DNA of 35,313 nucleotides, taken from IMG/VR virus record IMGVR_UViG_3300025084_000004; one strand, 5' to 3'. A program made the translations under genes and the position numbers. The number at the start of each line of letters is the position of its first letter. The first letter of the stretch is position 1. Below, one piece after another: positions 19,927 through 27,032 of this stretch. The notes beneath the pieces were generated by a model, which did no database searches, had not been told where the DNA came from, and worked only from the letters and a program-made list of their open reading frames with translations. Origin of the DNA: a virus.

Positions 19927-20306
19927 CAGTCAGTTTCCCACAATATCTTCACAGTACCATCGCCTATCTCTACCCCAGCTCTATTCTTAGAATCACCGAA
20001 CCGCTCCGGCAATATCTTGCTGGCCTTCCACCGGACATGGTGGGCATAGTCACGCAGCACCCCCGTATCGTAATCCTTCCTTCGGTGAAGAGCATCGTCA
20101 AACACTTGGTCTAGCTCCTCCAGAGCCTTCTCAGCGCTGTACTGCTGTGCCTGCTTTACCGCTGCATCAAACTCAGGGTCGTTCTTCATGCGCTTGTAAA
20201 AGGCCGTGCGTGAGATGCCAATGCCCTCGCAAACATCGACGATGGTATGCCCATCTGAGATACCGGCAAGTATTAGGTCAGTCTTCGGCTTTGTGAGTTT
20301 GGTCAT
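19926..20306 (-). CDS. terS: Terminase small subunit (126 aa, N-terminal HTH)
   Basis: First gene of the late operon, coupled to TerL by ATGA. The HTH-like segment is IVDVCEGIGISRTAFYKRMKNDPEF. Confidence 0.7.
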   Translation of the reverse strand: MTKLTKPKTDLILAGISDGHTIVDVCEGIGISRTAFYKRMKNDPEFDAAVKQAQQYSAEKALEELDQVFDDALHRRKDYDTGVLRDYAHHVRWKASKILPERFGDSKNRAGVEIGDGTVKILWETD

Positions 20307-20431
20307 GGCTGTGTGTCTTTACCTAGCATTTAACATATATAAGTACGGCCCCGCGCGTCTGGGGGTGGTGGGTCTAAATGCATCCCCCCCTCTGTTCTGT
20401 ACGTTCTATCATTCACCGTGCCGCTGTCCTG

Positions 20432-20456
20432 TGTTGCAGTAGCGCAACAGTGTTGC
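20432..20456. promoter_or_regulatory. TGTTGC-N6-GCAACA-N1-TGTTGC palindromic cluster in the divergent control region
   Basis: TGTTGC at 20432-37, GCAACA at 20444-49 and TGTTGC at 20451-56. GCAACAGTGTTGC is a perfect 13-bp palindrome. Confidence 0.4.
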
Positions 20457-20638
20457 CAAGATGTCACGCTGGCTGTATGCTCTAGCTATACCGCGCAAGG
20501 GTGATGTTAGCTGTATGCATATACATATATAAATGACGCGCATCCAATCCCAAAACATCCAAGCATATCAACAGCCCGGCAATCCCTCACAGATTAAAGC
20601 TTTATTGCCACGGTGTAAACTTTTTTTACTGCAGGGTA

Positions 20639-20669
20639 TTGACTACCGGCAATCCTTGCCTCATATAAG
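20639..20669 (+). promoter_or_regulatory. Sigma70-like early promoter candidate
   Basis: TTGACT at 20639-44, then 17 nt, then CATATA; alternatively 19 nt, then TATAAG (20664-69). It lies about 35 nt upstream of the first plus-strand gene. It overlaps the 8-bp inverted repeat CTTGCCTC (20655-62) / GAGGCAAG (20676-83). Confidence 0.45.
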
Positions 20670-20703
20670 ATGAACGAGGCAAGAACTGGCTGGAGGGCTA
20701 ACG

Positions 20704-21261
20704 ATGTCAAAACTAACCGAACTATTCAAAAACCCGGCAGACCAGCGCAACGGTCCAAACTGCGGCGTAACAGCTCTGGCAGTCACAACCGGCATTTCGT
20801 TTAACAAAGCTTGGCAGACGTTCAAAGCAGTCAACCCGGGCAAGTATGGCAAGCGCTGGAAGGGCGGAACATACACCGGCGACCAAATCAAAGCGCTGGA
20901 CCGGCTCAAGGTATCTTATGAGACTGTGAATACCGGCGGGTTCCTAGACCCGAAAATAACGCTTGCAAAGTTCGTTAGAGAGCACACCAAGCGGGACTGT
21001 GTTTACATGGTCACAACCACAACTCACGTTCAAGCCGTGCTGAATGGCGAAGTCATCGACCAAGCAGGCAAGAAGCCAATCGGCAATTTCTGGGGAAGCC
21101 GTAAGATTGTAAAACGCGCGCACCTAATCAAAGAACCATTCAAACACGCAACAGCACCAAAGGCCGCACAACCTGCGCCGGGTGCGCCTGCGCTACTCTT
21201 TCCGGCAACGGAATTACCAAGCTCGCTATTCTGCGAGCCTCATCAGCTAACATTGTTCTAG
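20704..21261 (+). CDS. Papain-fold (C39-like) cysteine peptidase candidate with a Pro/Ala-rich tail (185 aa)
   Basis: ADQRNGPNCGVTALAV gives a Gln...Cys pattern and TTTHVQAVLNGEVIDQ gives His...Asn/Asp, in the order and spacing of C39-type peptidases. GGAGGG RBS. Confidence 0.4.
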   Translation: MSKLTELFKNPADQRNGPNCGVTALAVTTGISFNKAWQTFKAVNPGKYGKRWKGGTYTGDQIKALDRLKVSYETVNTGGFLDPKITLAKFVREHTKRDCVYMVTTTTHVQAVLNGEVIDQAGKKPIGNFWGSRKIVKRAHLIKEPFKHATAPKAAQPAPGAPALLFPATELPSSLFCEPHQLTLF

Positions 21262-21274
21262 GAGGATTTTAACA

Positions 21275-21490
21275 ATGGAAAAGACAATCAAATCAATTAA
21301 ACGCTTGAATAGCTCAGCTTGGGGAAACCCGGCGTTTCAATTCTCTTTTACTGATGGTTCAGTGATGAAGACAAAGCCGAACATCTCTGACGCGTACAGA
21401 GTAAGCATGGGATGGGAAGGCCGGACGATTAAAATTGAAACAAGCACCACCAAATCAGGGCGGGTGCAGATTACAAAGCTGGAGGGCTAA
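21275..21490 (+). CDS. Hypothetical protein (71 aa)
   Basis: AGGAGG RBS upstream and tight spacing in the early operon. Confidence 0.55.
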   Translation: MEKTIKSIKRLNSSAWGNPAFQFSFTDGSVMKTKPNISDAYRVSMGWEGRTIKIETSTTKSGRVQITKLEG

Positions 21491-21493
21491 ACA

Positions 21494-21808
21494 ATGGGAA
21501 TTTATGACAACTATTCACACGAGGCGACAGAGCTTTATTTTTACGCGTTAAACGATGCCGACCTATACCGGCAACAGCGCGAGCCAATCGAAGCAAACCT
21601 GCAAAAGAAATATGACGCTGATAATTACGACCAAGAAAAAGCCGTGAAGCTATGGGGCTATTTTGCAGTAACAGCCGCGAAGAAATACCATCATGAGTTT
21701 TGCGGTAACGGTAAATGGTTTGACTTATTCCCGCCAGCGACACGCCTAGAGATGGCAAAGCTTGCAGAGGTAGACCACCGCGATTTAATGAAAGAGAGGG
21801 CCGAGTAA
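21494..21808 (+). CDS. Hypothetical protein (104 aa)
   Basis: GGAGGGCTAAacaATG junction with the upstream gene. Confidence 0.55.
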   Translation: MGIYDNYSHEATELYFYALNDADLYRQQREPIEANLQKKYDADNYDQEKAVKLWGYFAVTAAKKYHHEFCGNGKWFDLFPPATRLEMAKLAEVDHRDLMKERAE

Positions 21809-22017
21809 TGAAACAGCCTAAAACATTTAAAGACGCCGCTGATTATTACCTAACGCTTAACGCGTGGCTTGCCGGGCGTTACGCGACCACTGACAAGCAC
21901 GGCAGGCGATGGCTGGCACAATATACCGCTGGAAACCGTCCGACGCGTTACAAGCGCTTAGAACACGCTTTTTTTAAGCGCTATATTTTACCATTCAAAA
22001 ACATGCAGGAGGGCTAA
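21808..22017 (+). CDS. Hypothetical protein (69 aa)
   Basis: Coupled to the upstream stop (TAATG). Confidence 0.5.
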   Translation: MKQPKTFKDAADYYLTLNAWLAGRYATTDKHGRRWLAQYTAGNRPTRYKRLEHAFFKRYILPFKNMQEG

Positions 22018-22020
22018 GCA

Positions 22021-22161
22021 ATGGACAAAGCTTTTTCAGTAATTGGTTACTTGTTACTCGTTGCCTTCGCGCTTAGCTGGATAGACACGCTATGGGTATT
22101 TGGCGTAGAGGACAGCAAGCAATACACAGTCTGGCACCTAATCCAAACAATCGCACAATAA
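22021..22161 (+). CDS. Small single-pass membrane protein (46 aa; below the ORF-track cutoff)
   Basis: ATG at 22021 is preceded by GGAGGGCTAAgca. The translation is MDKAFSVIGYLLLVAFALSWIDTLWVFGVEDSKQYTVWHLIQTIAQ, which has one hydrophobic helix. Confidence 0.5.
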   Translation: MDKAFSVIGYLLLVAFALSWIDTLWVFGVEDSKQYTVWHLIQTIAQ

Positions 22162-22260
22162 CACAAGGCCGGGCCAGCAATGGCCCTGCCGCCTGAACAG
22201 CTCACAACCGGGCTTTTCTGGCGGCAATGATGCCGACAACAGCCAGCAGGAGGAATTGCC

Positions 22261-22491
22261 ATGCTAGCAGTGATACACACCCTTAAAGAGTCGGAGACAT
22301 TCGGCGGCGAAACAACGCATAAATACTTCGACCATTATCAGTTGTGCGACACGATGGACGAAGCCCGGTCAAAAGTCATGCTTCTTGTCTCATTACATGA
22401 TGAAAAGCTCTATAGTTACGCAATCTGCCAAATCATTGAAGCTTCAGAACCCCATTGGGCCGATGCTTCGCCTATGGGCTTGGGAGATTAG
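22261..22491 (+). CDS. Small acidic hypothetical protein (76 aa)
   Basis: AGGAGG RBS. It follows a 99-nt gap containing a hairpin and precedes a mini HTH gene. Confidence 0.55.
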   Translation: MLAVIHTLKESETFGGETTHKYFDHYQLCDTMDEARSKVMLLVSLHDEKLYSYAICQIIEASEPHWADASPMGLGD

Positions 22492-22495
22492 AGAA

Positions 22496-22669
22496 ATGGG
22501 CCCAGACGAGTTAAAAGAAAGGCGCATATTCCTGTCGCTCACACAGCCGCAGCTTGCCAGCAAGTTTGAGCTGTCCGAAAGGACTATCCGCAATTACGAG
22601 TCAGGCGCAACGCCTATTCCTAAAGTGTTTCGGATGGCGCTCGATGCTCTGGAGCTAGCAGAGAAATGA
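22496..22669 (+). CDS. XRE/Cro-type HTH protein (57 aa)
   Basis: I chose the internal ATG at 22496, just after the upstream stop, with GGGAGA 8 nt upstream. The HTH segment is LSLTQPQLASKFELSERTIRNYESGATPIP. Confidence 0.65.
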   Translation: MGPDELKERRIFLSLTQPQLASKFELSERTIRNYESGATPIPKVFRMALDALELAEK

Positions 22670-23514
22670 AAATCATATCAAGAACAGAGGCAGTCCAGCT
22701 CGGGCTGTCTCGTTACTTTACCGGCAAGCCTTGCAGTAAAGGCCATATTGCCTATAGGCGAACAGCCAATCATAACTGTTCTGTATGTTCTAATGAGCAA
22801 GCAAAAGCACACTCGCAAAAGTTACGCGACAATAGCAAGCTGACAGTTACAGGAAACCCAAAGCATGAGCAACCAGCAAGAGAGAAGGCAAGGCAAGAGG
22901 CCATAAGGTCAGGAGCTAAAACTTACTTTCACGGCATACCGTGCAAGCGGGGCCATGTTGCGCCAAGGCATACATCTAACGGTATGTGCATGGATTGTAG
23001 TAGGCAACATAACTCTACAGATAAAGCAAAAGCACGAAAGAAAAAGCATAAGCTCGACAACGCCGAGCATTATAGAGAAATGGGCAGGCAATATAGGGCT
23101 GAGAACAGCGATAAGATGCGCGAATATCTAAAGCAATACTATGCCGATAACAAAGAAGAACATGCAAAGAAAAACAGGCTCTACAGGATAAAGCACAGAG
23201 ATTGCCCGGTACAGAAGGCAAAAAAGAAAGCTTTTTCTGACAAGTGGCGCAAAGAAAACCCTGATTACTTCACTGAATACGCAATAAAACGAAGCAAGGT
23301 GCTGAAAAAAGCAACACCAAGCTGGTCAAACATAAGCAGCATCACTGTGAAGTACAAAGAACGTACAGCCATGACAAGGCTGACAGGCGTGGAGCACCAC
23401 GTTGACCATATCATTCCATTGCAAGGTAAAAACGTCTGCGGATTGCACATACCTGCAAACCTTCGCGTCATTCCAGCTAGAGACAACCTAAGAAAGCATA
23501 ACCGCTTTGAATAA
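22666..23514 (+). CDS. HNH endonuclease with a duplicated N-terminal Cys/His motif (282 aa)
   Basis: The C-terminus is VEHHVDHIIPLQGKNVCGLHIPANLRVIPARDNLRKHN. The N-terminal motif occurs twice: YFTGKPCSKGHIAYRRTANHNCSVC and YFHGIPCKRGHVAPRHTSNGMCMDC. Confidence 0.8.
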   Translation: MKIISRTEAVQLGLSRYFTGKPCSKGHIAYRRTANHNCSVCSNEQAKAHSQKLRDNSKLTVTGNPKHEQPAREKARQEAIRSGAKTYFHGIPCKRGHVAPRHTSNGMCMDCSRQHNSTDKAKARKKKHKLDNAEHYREMGRQYRAENSDKMREYLKQYYADNKEEHAKKNRLYRIKHRDCPVQKAKKKAFSDKWRKENPDYFTEYAIKRSKVLKKATPSWSNISSITVKYKERTAMTRLTGVEHHVDHIIPLQGKNVCGLHIPANLRVIPARDNLRKHNRFE

Positions 23515-23521
23515 CACGCAG

Positions 23522-23638
23522 TGCTTAGCTGTAATGCTTAGCAGAGTAGCTAAGCATTGCACTAGGCCTGTTTTTTTATATAGAAAAGTTTGCTTAGGGA
23601 AGTGCTAAGCAAGACTTGCTTAGCTAATCTGCTAAGCA
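23522..23638. repeat. Array of seven TGCTTAGC / GCTAAGCA octamers (one degenerate) between convergent operons
   Basis: Copies lie at 23522-29(+), 23535-42(+), 23549-56(inverted), 23591-98(TGCTTAGG), 23604-11(inverted), 23617-24(+) and 23631-38(inverted). They include the hairpin AATGCTTAGC-agagta-GCTAAGCATT and the 21-bp perfect palindrome GCTAAGCAAGACTTGCTTAGC (23604-24). A T7 run lies at 23571-77. Confidence 0.85.
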
Positions 23639-23715
23639 GTGCGTTTCTCACTTACTCGAAATAGCATGTATTTTTAGCCCGGTCAACAGGCCCAAATGCA
23701 TAAAAGAGAAATGGG

Positions 23716-24018
23716 CTACGCATTAATATACTTGCGATGCATTTTTACCGTGTCGAAAAAATCATAGACATGCACAATATCTGCCTTGAACCCTTCAACT
23801 GTTTTCTCTCTTCCTGATGGGAACCGGGCCACTACTTTTTTAGCGCCGCCCTTCTCACTCAGGCAAACCTGCATGTAGCAGTCATCGCCCCGGACAGTGA
23901 CAATGGTGCCCCAGTCTTCTCTGTTGCTGTTTACTACAGCCCCGATACCCTCACCCATCTGGCTGAGCCTGTCTTTAATAGCCATAACCCGTAATGTATG
24001 TTGCGAATAAACCATCAT
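23716..24018 (-). CDS. Hypothetical protein (100 aa)
   Basis: Last gene of the minus-strand middle operon, with an ATGA overlap to the upstream gene. Confidence 0.5.
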   Translation of the reverse strand: MMVYSQHTLRVMAIKDRLSQMGEGIGAVVNSNREDWGTIVTVRGDDCYMQVCLSEKGGAKKVVARFPSGREKTVEGFKADIVHVYDFFDTVKMHRKYINA

Positions 24019-24248
24019 ATACTACTTTCCCCGCAGCGAGTATCTGCAACAAAACTTGGGCGCTCGTTCATAGGAACCTCTGCCCACGTTCTTACATGAT
24101 TATCTCGGAGCGCTGCCTCTACTTTTCTTCCTGCCTTATAACAAGCAGAAGCAGTAACAAAGTTCTTGCGCCCTATATATTCACAACGCGCCTCGGTTGC
24201 TGTCCCTGAACCCATCACAAGGCAATATAAAATAACATACTCATACAT
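24015..24248 (-). CDS. Hypothetical Cys-containing protein with a hydrophobic N-terminus (77 aa)
   Basis: ATG at 24248. In-operon packing. Confidence 0.45.
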   Translation of the reverse strand: MYEYVILYCLVMGSGTATEARCEYIGRKNFVTASACYKAGRKVEAALRDNHVRTWAEVPMNERPSFVADTRCGESSI

Positions 24249-24250
24249 GG

Positions 24251-24559
24251 TTAAACCTTTCCTGCAAACATATCTAAGAAATCACCGAGGTCTACAACAG
24301 CCAGCGGCTTCTTCCTATCAGCACCTACAACAAGAATATCTGCACCCTCTAAATGCTGGTAAAGAAACTTAAACCCGTCGGCGCGTTTCTTCGCTTCAAC
24401 AACCCAAGTTTCTCTGCCCTTCTTTATATGCACATCACCCTTAAATCCAGGAGCAGAGCCAGACAACGGCACCCGGTGCGCTTCTAAATCACGGAGCCGG
24501 GCAAGCTCGACAATCTCACGCTCAAACCTGCTGCCTTTTTCTTTTTGCGGATTACTCAT
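24251..24559 (-). CDS. PD-(D/E)xK nuclease, Hjc-like Holliday-junction resolvase candidate (102 aa)
   Basis: I preferred the ATG at 24559 because it forms an ATGA overlap with the upstream stop. Motifs are KGSRFEREIV...SGS...GDVHI...WVVEAKKR, giving an E / D / E-x-K arrangement. Confidence 0.5.
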   Translation of the reverse strand: MSNPQKEKGSRFEREIVELARLRDLEAHRVPLSGSAPGFKGDVHIKKGRETWVVEAKKRADGFKFLYQHLEGADILVVGADRKKPLAVVDLGDFLDMFAGKV

Positions 24560-25380
24560 CCAGTACACTCCCCGTCATCTGCTTGGCAAAAATAACCCTG
24601 CTCATCAAAAATCCAATCTTGTTGCTTATTTACAAAATCTACAAACTCGTTTAGGTCGCGTCCCTTTCTGAACGTAGAGCCTACGTTACTTTCCATTTCC
24701 ATCCACCACTTCGCTCTTTCTGGGTGCATCCTTGCCATAGCCGCAAGTGTAGCCTCGCTTTTCAAAAAACAAAAATCGCAGTTTCCTTTTGCCGTTGAGC
24801 CAGAAAAATTATCAAGTTTTAAATCAAACAAACTATTAGCCCAAAATTCATTGACATCAATTTTAGAAACTCCTGCCTTCAACAGCGGGTACCAATAAGA
24901 CCATCTATCCTTGCTTTCTGTTTTAGCACGGTGCTCCTCATCAGCGCGGATACCCACGCAGGCCGACCATTTTTTCCAGCCAAGCTCTTTTGTGAGGTAC
25001 CTTTTCATAGGAAGTATTTTAAGCTCAGTTGTGCAAAATCTAGTAACTACATTCGGAAGATACTTTTTTTGTTTTATCAATACTTCAAACGGCTCACCGT
25101 CTTGGGAAGCAGAATTTTCTCCAACCACTTTATACCCCGCCTTGCCATCTGGCCTGTCATATTCAAGCCAAACGATAGAAACACCCCACTGAATAGAACA
25201 GTCATGCACAAAGTCAAGCGTCTCAGGCATTTCTCTACCAGTATTAGCAAACGTCACAACGGCTCTATCAGGTAAGCCATTGTTGGCTTCGAGTATTTCA
25301 TGCAGCATATAGGCTGAAGTTCTGCCGCCGCTGAAGCTGATTTGCACATTACCTTCAGGTAAGGTGTACGGATTAGTCAT
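24556..25380 (-). CDS. PAPS-reductase-family PP-loop ATP-pyrophosphatase-like protein (274 aa)
   Basis: The PP-loop is ISFSGGRTSAYML. Cys motifs are GNCDFCFLKS and a C-terminal CQADDGECTG. GGGGGA RBS. Confidence 0.7.
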   Translation of the reverse strand: MTNPYTLPEGNVQISFSGGRTSAYMLHEILEANNGLPDRAVVTFANTGREMPETLDFVHDCSIQWGVSIVWLEYDRPDGKAGYKVVGENSASQDGEPFEVLIKQKKYLPNVVTRFCTTELKILPMKRYLTKELGWKKWSACVGIRADEEHRAKTESKDRWSYWYPLLKAGVSKIDVNEFWANSLFDLKLDNFSGSTAKGNCDFCFLKSEATLAAMARMHPERAKWWMEMESNVGSTFRKGRDLNEFVDFVNKQQDWIFDEQGYFCQADDGECTG

Positions 25381-25391
25381 TTATTATCCCC

Positions 25392-25628
25392 CTAATGTAT
25401 TGACCCGGCGTTTTCGAGAAAGACCGTTATCTGCATCTCCTCCTCATCTATCTCCGCCTCAAGCTGTCCCTTACCGTCACAAACATGACAAGGCAATAAC
25501 CTGTCTTCTAAATATCCACCGTGCTCGAAGTCCCGAACCCCAACTTCATACAAAGCTTCGCCCTTGCCATCACACTCATCGCACTCAACCCACACTGTCT
25601 CTGTGTATTTTTTCTCTAAAGAAGTCAT
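25392..25628 (-). CDS. DnaJ-type zinc-finger mini-protein (about 78 aa)
   Basis: Two CxxCxGxG units are present (CDECDGKG and CHVCDGKG). The start is ATG 25628 or TTG 25637. It overlaps the 3' end of the upstream HTH gene. Confidence 0.55.
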   Translation of the reverse strand: MTSLEKKYTETVWVECDECDGKGEALYEVGVRDFEHGGYLEDRLLPCHVCDGKGQLEAEIDEEEMQITVFLENAGSIH

Positions 25629-25797
25629 CAGGCCCAACCTTTCCGTCTGTAATGAGGTATATAACCCGCAGTGTTTCAGGCGATGGAAACCTAGCGCCGG
25701 TTATAATACGAGAAATAGCTGCTGCGGATAACTCACACCTCCGCGCAAATTCACCTTGAGAAGTATTTGTTTGCTTTAAGTAGTCATGTAAAAACAA
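25585..25797 (-). CDS. Cro/YdaS-like HTH protein (70 aa)
   Basis: TTG start with GGAGA 6 nt upstream. The HTH segment is TSQGEFARRCELSAAAISRIITGARFPSPETL. Confidence 0.6.
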   Translation of the reverse strand: MFLHDYLKQTNTSQGEFARRCELSAAAISRIITGARFPSPETLRVIYLITDGKVGPDDFFREKIHRDSVG

Positions 25798-25809
25798 TGT
25801 ATGTCTCCG

Positions 25810-26118
25810 CTATTCCAGCTCATTTATTGCGTCTTCTCGCTGACTATCAAGAACCACACGATTCGCAATCTCTCCGGCACAAGCAAGATACCCGGCGCCA
25901 TCAACATAGTTATCCATATGCGCTTGGTTCCCCTTCATCCTAGCAATCTTGAGCAAAGACATCATCGCACCTACATCACAGGCCGTTACCTCACAGCCTA
26001 AATGCAACGACCAATACTCACCAATCAAACGGAAGTTATCTTCCATATCACCGTGGTCGCTCGCCCGGTCCTTGGTTACATACTGTGTGGCTGTCTTTAA
26101 AATTGTTTCTCTATTCAT
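25810..26118 (-). CDS. DUF6378-like phage protein (102 aa)
   Basis: The pattern KDRASDHGDMEDNFRLIGEYW...DVGAMMSLLKIARMKGN..HMDNYVDGAGYLACAGEI matches my recollection of that family. The domain name is from memory. Confidence 0.5.
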   Translation of the reverse strand: MNRETILKTATQYVTKDRASDHGDMEDNFRLIGEYWSLHLGCEVTACDVGAMMSLLKIARMKGNQAHMDNYVDGAGYLACAGEIANRVVLDSQREDAINELE

Positions 26119-26133
26119 TTACAAATAATGGCA

Positions 26134-26952
26134 TCATAATTCCATTCCCTTCATAAGGTGCACAATAACATCAACGGTCCAACCGTTCCCCAGCATTTTG
26201 TAGCGTTGTGTGTTAGATACATGGTTGGTGTAATTTTCTGGAACCGTCTGTAATCGTTCACATTCCAAAGGCGTTAGCTTACGCCATGACACATCAGATG
26301 ATAGCCCATCCTTACTGAATACTAGCTGTCGCCTATGCTTCTCAAAGTAAGACTTGAGGTTGCCACCCTTGAAATAATTGGCATCAATACAGTGAGCCTT
26401 GTCTCTGTCTACAGCACCATCCTCTAGCACATCCTTTAGTAGGATACCCTTATCATCAGGTAAGCCATCCATAGGAATGTTAGTCCAATAGTACCGCTGA
26501 CGGTTCTGTGCTGACACAAGGCGACTGTTGATGAATACAGGCTCTACACCTAGTGCATCAGTGATAACGTCCAAAGAGCCCTGCTTCATCTTTACATTCT
26601 CTAGCAAGAAGTACTTGGGCTTTAGCTTGTGTAACACCTTGACGTAATCCCAGAACAACTTGCTGCGTGGGTCGTCAAAATTCAACTGCTTGCCAGCAAA
26701 TGAGAAGCCCTGACAAGGACTGCCCCCAATGAGCAGGTCAATCTTACCATGTGGGGCAATAGCATTTAGCCATAGCTTGAAGTCATTGCCCGTCAAGTCA
26801 CCTAGATGCACAGTGTCTGGGTAGTTAGCCTGAGACACCTTGATAGCGTACTTGTCTATCTCACTTGCATAATACCGTGAAACCGGAATACCGAGTTTGT
26901 CCAAAGCGATTCGCCCACAGGACATGCCATCAAATAAAGATAATACATTCAT
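26134..26952 (-). CDS. DNA (cytosine-5)-methyltransferase (272 aa)
   Basis: Motif I is LSLFDGMSCG, motif IV is GGSPCQGFS, motif VI is LLENV and motif X is MLGNGWTV. The start is set at ATG 26952 immediately before motif I; the ORF-track TTG extension adds no methyltransferase sequence. Confidence 0.9.
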   Translation of the reverse strand: MNVLSLFDGMSCGRIALDKLGIPVSRYYASEIDKYAIKVSQANYPDTVHLGDLTGNDFKLWLNAIAPHGKIDLLIGGSPCQGFSFAGKQLNFDDPRSKLFWDYVKVLHKLKPKYFLLENVKMKQGSLDVITDALGVEPVFINSRLVSAQNRQRYYWTNIPMDGLPDDKGILLKDVLEDGAVDRDKAHCIDANYFKGGNLKSYFEKHRRQLVFSKDGLSSDVSWRKLTPLECERLQTVPENYTNHVSNTQRYKMLGNGWTVDVIVHLMKGMEL

Positions 26953-27003
26953 AATAGTATTTTTAACCCTCTCGCGCTTCTTACAAAAACACAATATCAG
27001 GTG

Positions 27004-27032
27004 TTGACAGATTGGTAAATGGTTAGTAATTA
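27004..27032 (+). promoter_or_regulatory. Sigma70-like promoter candidate for the recombination operon
   Basis: TTGACA (27004-09), then 17 nt, then TAATTA (27027-32), in the divergent intergenic region. Confidence 0.45.

Noticed and set aside
20670-20795. A 41-codon ORF starting at ATG 20670 as a leader peptide for the early operon.
   Set aside because: It starts inside or just after the predicted -10, has no SD, and overlaps the peptidase gene out of frame. It is probably fortuitous.
20661-20909. Minus-strand 82-aa ORF and plus-strand ORF 20206-20442, which overlap the control region and gene ends.
   Set aside because: They overlap the peptidase and TerS genes in antisense or out of frame, and have no RBS. 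They are most likely chance ORFs.
22047-22280. Minus-strand 77-aa ORF across the early-operon gap.
   Set aside because: It is antisense to the 46-aa membrane ORF and to the hairpin gap, Cys/Arg-rich, and on the wrong strand for the operon.
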